Assembly (NCBI GenBank): GCA_050953065.1
Contig: JBMNLZ010000001.1
Location: forward strand, 96,001-160,000
Origin: Bacilli bacterium
GTDB taxonomy: Bacteria; Bacillota_I; Bacilli_A; ML615J-28; CAG-698
Length of the DNA: 64,000 bases
Direction of reading: 5' to 3'
The notes under the pieces: generated by a model
Seen by the model: the letters and a program-made list of their open reading frames with translations, nothing else
Databases searched by the model: none
What the model was told of the DNA's origin: nothing
Shown here: positions 58,228-64,000 of the stretch, piece by piece
Layout: each line of letters starts with the position of its first letter
How positions within the stretch are numbered: position 1 is the first letter of the stretch
Made by a program: the position numbers and the translations under genes

Positions 58228-60387
58228 ATGGGGTGGCAAATTGCAATCGATGGTCCAGCTAGTGCAGGTAAAAGTACCATTGCTAATGCATTGTCTAAAA
58301 AATTAAATTTCACATATTTAGATACAGGTGCTATGTATAGGGCTATTACGTTAAAAGCATTAAACGAAAAAATAGACCTATCAAACGAAAGCGAATATGC
58401 TTTTTTAGAAAACACAGACATATCTTTCAAAAAAGAAAAAATCTTTTTAGATGGTGTTGATGTTAGTGATGAAATCAGGTCGGTTGAAGTTACTGAAAAT
58501 GTTTCTTTAGTATCTACTTTCAAAACTGTAAGAACTAAACTTGTTGAAATGCAAAGAAAATTCGCATCAGATAACAATATAGTAATGGATGGTAGAGATA
58601 TTGGGACAGTGGTACTACCCAATGCAAATCTAAAAATATATTTAGATGCAACAGTTGAGGAAAGAGCCAATCGAAGAAGACTTGAACGTCTGAAAAAAAG
58701 CAATTTAGATATATCGTTAGAAAAAACAATCACCGAAATCACCGAAAGAGATTATAAAGATTCAAACAGAAAAATTAGCCCACTAAAACAAGCAGATGAT
58801 GCTATAAGAATAGATACAACTGATTTAGAGATTAATGAAGTTTTACAAAAGGTAATAGAATTAGCAATAGAAAGAGGTTTCAATATGGAAAATGAAAAAG
58901 ATTTATTAGAAAAAGAAGTTACAATCAAGGAAGAAGAGAAAGATAGTAAATCTTTAAACGAAGAAGATACTACACCATCTGAAAAAAGTTCAGTTCCAAC
59001 TAAATTAAAAAACTTACAACAAGTTGAAGGAATTGTAAAAGAAGTTACAAAAGCTAAACAAAAACCAAATGGAACTTTAACTGAAGAAAAAGTAATATTT
59101 GTTTTTGAAAATGGCCAAGAAGGTATTTTATCATTAAGTGACACTACACTAGAAGCTAACGAAAGCTTATTTGATTACTTTTTCGAAGATGAAAAATATA
59201 CAGTGGTTGTAAAAAGAACTTTACCAAATAATAAAGTATTAGTTTCAACTAAATTAGTTGAAAAACGTAAAGAACTTGCTAAATATGAAGAAAAAATAAA
59301 AAATCATGAAATAATTACTGCAAAAGTGGTAAAAATAATTCCTGAAGGACTACTTTTAAAGCATGATGATTTTTCATGCTTGCTACCTTCTTCCCAAATC
59401 GATTTAAAAGAAGAAGAGTTTGAAAAAATATTGAATGAAGAACTTGAAGTAGCTCCGATTCGTTTAGACTTTACAAGAATTCGTTTGATAGTTAGCCATA
59501 ATGTTGCAAAATCAATTAAATATAAAGCAAACAAAGAAGAATTCTTTAAAAACATCAAAGTTGGAGATGTTATTGAAGGGACTGTAAAAAGCATTAAAGA
59601 ATATGGTGCTTTTGTAGAACTTGAACCTGGAATTGAAGGATTATTACATATTTCAGAAGTTGCACATAATCGTGTTAATATAAATGATTGCTTAACTGTT
59701 GGTAATAAAGTAGAAGTACAAGTTATAAAAATTGAAAATAATCAAATAGGTCTTTCAAGGAAGTCCATTGTACCCGATATGTGGATAGAATTTAGTGAAA
59801 AAAATGATGTTGGTAATATATTAAATGTAACTGTTACTGAAATTAATAAATCAGGTGTTGTTGTAAATATAAATGATGAGTTATCAGGTTTTATTCCCAA
59901 AAGTGAATTCGCATGGGAAAAAGCAGTTTATATCAATGATTTAGTAAAAATAGGTGACAAGATTGATGCTAAAATTATTGAAATTGATTCTTCAAAAAGA
60001 CGTATAATACTGTCACGTAAACAATGTCAAGAAAATCCTTGGGAACTTCTAAAAATAAAGCAAAATGACACTGTAAAAGGCGTTATTGCTGTTGTGTTAA
60101 AAGATGGCATAAAAGTAAAAGTTGATGGTGTATTGGGATATGCTTCAAAAAGAAGTTTAGGCAATACTAATATGACTAATTATAAAGTAGGCGATGAAAT
60201 AGAATTAGTAGTTAGAGTATTTGATAAAAATGAAATGAAATTAATCCTAGCTTCTCAAAACCAAGGCGATTTCTTAACTAACACAAGCAAAGGTACAGAT
60301 AAAGAAATCTCAAAAGCTCTAAAAGAACAAAAGAAAATGCTGAATACTTTTGGAGATCTTGCTGATTTAAATAAATGGCAAAAATAA
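58228..60387 (+). CDS. cmk: cytidylate kinase fused to multi-S1-domain (ribosomal protein S1-like) protein
   Basis: aa 1-~215 IDGPASAGKST, DTGAMYR, MDGRDIGTVV; C-terminal S1 repeats (YGAFVEL..EGLLHISE, GFIPKSE). Confidence 0.92.
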   Translation: MGWQIAIDGPASAGKSTIANALSKKLNFTYLDTGAMYRAITLKALNEKIDLSNESEYAFLENTDISFKKEKIFLDGVDVSDEIRSVEVTENVSLVSTFKTVRTKLVEMQRKFASDNNIVMDGRDIGTVVLPNANLKIYLDATVEERANRRRLERLKKSNLDISLEKTITEITERDYKDSNRKISPLKQADDAIRIDTTDLEINEVLQKVIELAIERGFNMENEKDLLEKEVTIKEEEKDSKSLNEEDTTPSEKSSVPTKLKNLQQVEGIVKEVTKAKQKPNGTLTEEKVIFVFENGQEGILSLSDTTLEANESLFDYFFEDEKYTVVVKRTLPNNKVLVSTKLVEKRKELAKYEEKIKNHEIITAKVVKIIPEGLLLKHDDFSCLLPSSQIDLKEEEFEKILNEELEVAPIRLDFTRIRLIVSHNVAKSIKYKANKEEFFKNIKVGDVIEGTVKSIKEYGAFVELEPGIEGLLHISEVAHNRVNINDCLTVGNKVEVQVIKIENNQIGLSRKSIVPDMWIEFSEKNDVGNILNVTVTEINKSGVVVNINDELSGFIPKSEFAWEKAVYINDLVKIGDKIDAKIIEIDSSKRRIILSRKQCQENPWELLKIKQNDTVKGVIAVVLKDGIKVKVDGVLGYASKRSLGNTNMTNYKVGDEIELVVRVFDKNEMKLILASQNQGDFLTNTSKGTDKEISKALKEQKKMLNTFGDLADLNKWQK

Positions 60388-60399
60388 ATAGGTGAAAGA

Positions 60400-61707
60400 A
60401 TGAATGAAGTTGTAGCGATTGTAGGTAGGCCTAATGTTGGTAAATCTAGTTTATTTAATAGAATAATAGGAGAAAGAAAATCTATTACTGATGATGCTAG
60501 TGGTGTGACCAGAGATCGAATATATGCTAGAACTTCGTGGCTAGATCAAAAATTTTCGATTATTGATACAGGGGGGATCATCTTAAAAGATGAACCCTTT
60601 TCAAAAGAAATTAGAATGCAAGCTGAATTAGCAATTGCAGAAGCCGATTTAATTATAATGATAGTAGATGTAAGAGTAGGAATTATTCAAGAAGATATAG
60701 ATGTCGCTAATATATTAAGAAAATCAAACAAACCTATAATTTTAGCTGTTAATAAAGTCGATGATAATAGTTTCAAAGACCAAATTTATGATTTTTATAG
60801 TTTAGGCATTGAAAACTTAGTTCCAATTAGTTCTTTACACGGTATAGGTATAGGCGATTTGTTGGATTTGGTTATAAAATTGTTACCTAAAAAAAGTGTC
60901 ATAGAGCAAGATCCTCAAAAAATATATTTTTCAATTGTAGGTCAACCTAATGTTGGAAAATCTACCTTACTTAATTCATTAGCAGGGGAGAATAGAGTAA
61001 TTGTCAGTCCGACACCTAATACAACAAGAGATGCTATAGACATTGAATTTGAAAAAAATGGTACACACTTTGTAGCTATTGATACTGCTGGTATTAGAAA
61101 ACAAAATAAAGTTTTTGAAAGAGCAGAAAAGTATAGTATTTTACGAGCAATTACTGCCATTGAAAAAAGTGATATTGTTCTATTAGTTCTAGATGGAACT
61201 GAAGAAATCAATGAGCAAGATAAAAGAATAGTTGGCTATGCACTTGATTATAACAGAGCATTAATTATAGTAGTAAACAAATGGGACGCAGTTGAAAAAG
61301 ATAGTAAAAGTATGAATAATATAGCAAATATAATCAAAACACAATTCCAATTTTTGGAATATGTTCCAATTATTTTTATTAGTGCTCTTAATAATAAACG
61401 TATTCATATTCTAACCGATGCTATTAAAAATGTTTATGAAAATTATACTAGATTTGTTCAAACAAATGTATTAAATGATATTATTACGGATGCTTGTCTA
61501 TTAAATCAGCCACCTATCTTTAATGGCAATAGGTTAAAAGTATCGTATGCTACACAAAGCGATATAAAACCTCCGACTTTTGTGTTATTTGTAAACGATG
61601 AAAAACATATGCATTTTTCATATTTAAGATATCTTGAAAATAAAATTAGAGAAAATTTTAATTTTGAAGGAAGTCCAATAAAAATAATTTTAAGGAAGAA
61701 AGAATAA
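60400..61707 (+). CDS. der: ribosome biogenesis GTPase Der
   Basis: two G domains GRPNVGKS / GQPNVGKS, DTGG / DTAG, KH-like C-terminus. Confidence 0.97.
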   Translation: MNEVVAIVGRPNVGKSSLFNRIIGERKSITDDASGVTRDRIYARTSWLDQKFSIIDTGGIILKDEPFSKEIRMQAELAIAEADLIIMIVDVRVGIIQEDIDVANILRKSNKPIILAVNKVDDNSFKDQIYDFYSLGIENLVPISSLHGIGIGDLLDLVIKLLPKKSVIEQDPQKIYFSIVGQPNVGKSTLLNSLAGENRVIVSPTPNTTRDAIDIEFEKNGTHFVAIDTAGIRKQNKVFERAEKYSILRAITAIEKSDIVLLVLDGTEEINEQDKRIVGYALDYNRALIIVVNKWDAVEKDSKSMNNIANIIKTQFQFLEYVPIIFISALNNKRIHILTDAIKNVYENYTRFVQTNVLNDIITDACLLNQPPIFNGNRLKVSYATQSDIKPPTFVLFVNDEKHMHFSYLRYLENKIRENFNFEGSPIKIILRKKE

Positions 61708-62711
61708 TGAAATATAATGTATCTATCATTGGAGCTGGTAGTTGGGGATCAGCCCAGTCAAGAATATTAGCAGATAATGGTCATAATGTTTTATTGTTTG
61801 ATGTTGATCTTGATACAGTTTTAGAGATTAACACTAAACATACAAATATTTCAAAACTAAATGATGCAAAAATTCCTGAATCTGTAAAAGCAACTTCATC
61901 GATAGAAGAAGCAATTAATTTTTCTGATATTATAGTTTTAGTAGTCCCAACTGCTGTTATGAGAAAATGTTTAATTAGCATTTCTGAAGTAATAAAATCT
62001 CCTAAACTATTTGTAAATGCTAGCAAAGGAATTGAACCCAACACTTTCAAAAGAGTTAGTGAAATAGTTTATGAAGAAATTGATATAAAGTATATTAAAG
62101 GTTTTGTAGCTTTAACTGGACCAAGTCATGCAGAAGAAGTAATTTTAAAATTACCTACAGCAATTTGCGCTGCAAGTGAAAGTTTAGAAAATGCACAACT
62201 TATTCAAAAAATATACAGCAACAATTCTTATTTTAGAGTTTATACTCTGCTTGATTTAATAGGTGCAGAACTAGGTGGCTCACTTAAAAATATAATAGCT
62301 ATTGCTTCTGGAATGATAACTGGTCTTGGCTATGGAGATAATGCAAAAGCTGCTTTGATAACTAGAGGTTTGACTGAAATGATTAAAATATCAACAGCAT
62401 TAGGTGCAAAAAAAGAAACATTATATGGATTAAGTGGTCTAGGTGATTTGTTTGTAACAACAATGAGCGAGCATAGTAGAAATTTTCAAGCTGGTAAAAA
62501 AATTGCACAAGGTAAGAATTTAAAACAATCATTAAGTGAAATGACTATGGTTGTAGAAGGCGCACGAAGTGCAATGGCAGCTTATCAATTAGTGAAAGAA
62601 AAAAATATAGATGCACCAATAATTGAAGCAATCTATGATGTATTATACAATTTTAAAGATCCCAAAATAGCAATGAGCGATTTAATGAATAGAAAATTAA
62701 AAGCAGAATAA
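61707..62711 (+). CDS. gpsA: NAD(P)H-dependent glycerol-3-phosphate dehydrogenase
   Basis: GAGSWG, SKGIE, GPSHAEEV, LKNIIA, GLGDL..T..SRN. Confidence 0.97.
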   Translation: MKYNVSIIGAGSWGSAQSRILADNGHNVLLFDVDLDTVLEINTKHTNISKLNDAKIPESVKATSSIEEAINFSDIIVLVVPTAVMRKCLISISEVIKSPKLFVNASKGIEPNTFKRVSEIVYEEIDIKYIKGFVALTGPSHAEEVILKLPTAICAASESLENAQLIQKIYSNNSYFRVYTLLDLIGAELGGSLKNIIAIASGMITGLGYGDNAKAALITRGLTEMIKISTALGAKKETLYGLSGLGDLFVTTMSEHSRNFQAGKKIAQGKNLKQSLSEMTMVVEGARSAMAAYQLVKEKNIDAPIIEAIYDVLYNFKDPKIAMSDLMNRKLKAE

Positions 62712-62738
62712 AAGAAGGTTATTTTAACCTTCTTTTTT
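62710..62738. terminator. bidirectional terminator gpsA/recU
   Basis: AAAAGAAGGTTA-TTT-TAACCTTCTTTT, overlapping recU 3' end. Confidence 0.8.
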
Positions 62739-63299
62739 GTTGAAATACAAATAATCTATAGTTTTTAAATAATTAATCATTGGAGTATAACCAGTTTCTA
62801 CTTTTTCTCCAACTTTAGATATTTTAGTAAGACTAATACTTTTACATCCTGAATCAATTAAATTCATAAGAGAAGTGATATCTAGTATAAAAACTTCATT
62901 TACTGTCTTAAAATAAATAATTAAAAAAGCAATTCCTCCCATTTGGTGTACATTTATTAAATGTTTTATTTGATGTTCAGAAATATTTTTAAATGGAAAT
63001 AAGTTAGAATTTGTTTCTTTTGCTTCAAAATCAATATATTTTCCTTTATAGATACCATTATAATCAGTAGTAGAAGCTGTTCTATAATAAGCCTCAGTAA
63101 TCTTAGCGCGTTCTCTTTTTGGATATTCAACTTTAACAACTTGAATAGGCGTAGGTTTTTTATGAATATTAGCTATGTTATTAATTAAGTAATATTCATT
63201 TGACAAGTTAATTTGATTTTCAAAAAGCATTCCTAAGGACCTAATTTTTGTTGGGTTGACAATATTTTTTTTAGTACTATTTGCATAATTTATTTTCAT
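62724..63299 (-). CDS. recU: Holliday junction resolvase RecU
   Basis: IHKKPTPIQVV, STTDYNGIYKGKYIDFEAKET, HQIKHL. Confidence 0.97.
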   Translation of the reverse strand: MKINYANSTKKNIVNPTKIRSLGMLFENQINLSNEYYLINNIANIHKKPTPIQVVKVEYPKRERAKITEAYYRTASTTDYNGIYKGKYIDFEAKETNSNLFPFKNISEHQIKHLINVHQMGGIAFLIIYFKTVNEVFILDITSLMNLIDSGCKSISLTKISKVGEKVETGYTPMINYLKTIDYLYFNKKEG

Positions 63300-63332
63300 C
63301 GTTCACCTCGTTAATATATTAGCAACATAGTA

Positions 63333-63998
63333 TTAATTTACTTGTATCTCTTTTTCTTTAGGTTCTACTACAACAGGTTTCTTTTCTTTTTTTGTTATAA
63401 TAATTTCACCAGCTTTTACAAGAGAAATTTTTGTAATTACTGGGCCAACTAATTCGTAGAATAAAGTAGCACATAAAACAACGGTCATTACTTCAGATGC
63501 ATAAATAGGTATATCAGTTGTCGCTAATTGTGCCATACCGATAGCAACACCTGCTTGAGGTAATAACCCAAACCCTAAATATTTTTTAATTTTAGGATCG
63601 CTTTTTGTTATACTAGCAGCAAAATATGTTCCAAAATATTTTCCAAAAGACCTACATATAATATATACCACACCAATTATGCCAATTGAAGGTATAACAT
63701 AAAAATTTAGTTCCGCACTAGATAAAATAAAAAAAACCATAAAAACTGGCGGAGTCCACTTTTCAATTCCTTCCATAATTTCAGTTGCATTATCTCGTAA
63801 ATTACAAAAAATAATTCCTATTGACATGCATGTTAGTAATGATGATATTGCAAATGGAGTTTCTGAAGATATTAATTCGCACAATCCTACCCCTGCTAAA
63901 ACCATTGTAATCATTAATATTAATCTATTTGCTCTTGATTTAAACCATTTAGTTGCAAATACCAAAATTAATCCAAGTAGTCCTCCAAGAATTAGTGA
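63333..63998 (-). CDS. cation:proton antiporter (5'-truncated by window edge)
   Basis: FFILSSAEL, RSFGKYFG, LLPQAGVAIG, ELVGPVITK; frame open to window end. Confidence 0.88.
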   Translation of the reverse strand, partial: SLILGGLLGLILVFATKWFKSRANRLILMITMVLAGVGLCELISSETPFAISSLLTCMSIGIIFCNLRDNATEIMEGIEKWTPPVFMVFFILSSAELNFYVIPSIGIIGVVYIICRSFGKYFGTYFAASITKSDPKIKKYLGFGLLPQAGVAIGMAQLATTDIPIYASEVMTVVLCATLFYELVGPVITKISLVKAGEIIITKKEKKPVVVEPKEKEIQVN

Positions 63999-64000
63999 GA

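Noticed and set aside
998-62050. About 30 short ORFs (60-172 aa) in the track lying antisense or out of frame within known genes, e.g. 58224-58742, 58752-59144, 56154-56522
   Set aside because: Shadow ORFs of well-supported genes; Ser/Ile/Phe-rich composition expected from antisense codons, no SD or motifs
1-64000. CRISPR array, tRNA, rRNA, 6S RNA, prophage or compositional island
   Set aside because: Intergenic spaces are short and accounted for; no spaced repeats, cloverleafs, phage genes or visible GC shift; a cmscan run would be needed to exclude divergent ncRNAs
1-64000. Genetic code 4 (TGA=Trp)
   Set aside because: Genes are full length with TGG Trp, and several (radC, hrcA, mutS, mutL) end at TGA in expected positions

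Overview
A very AT-rich (roughly 25% GC by eye), gene-dense, mostly + strand stretch of core chromosome from a low-GC Bacillota/Mollicutes-like bacterium using code 11 (TGA is a stop). Bacilli-type gene order is kept but the peptidoglycan genes that usually interleave it are missing locally (nothing after rsmH, no mreBCD after radC, no ponA after recU), suggesting an Acholeplasma/Izemoplasma-like wall-less lineage. Content: rsmH (partial), nadD, T-box-valS-folC-radC, trmR-trhP1-trhP2, greA-ROK-asnA, yqeGH-yqeK-rsfS, CIRCE-hrcA-grpE-dnaK-dnaJ, rsmE-mtaB-cshB, ispG, rpmG, rarA, chromate-transporter pair-nadABC-apt-rel-dtd, nusB-xseAB-ispA-dxs-recN, mutSL-miaA, rluB, a cmk-S1 fusion, der-gpsA, recU. 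No rRNA, tRNA, CRISPR array, prophage or intact IS was seen. The best candidate for an undescribed system is a self-contained three-gene operon (37.5-42.6 kb): a TPR-GAF-PAS protein with catalytically degenerate GGDEF/EAL domains, a coupled protein with a HEPN-like RNase motif, and a membrane protein. Other items: an HTH-only paralog beside an RRNPP-like HTH-TPR regulator, a DDE-less transposase HTH gene coupled to ispG, a 17-aa Pro/Arg-rich sORF after rsmH, a promoter enclosed in a 16-bp inverted repeat that hides its own RBS, two SD-hairpin-AUG leaders, and an internal S1 start inside the cmk-S1 fusion. All product calls are from motif recognition and synteny, not database searches.
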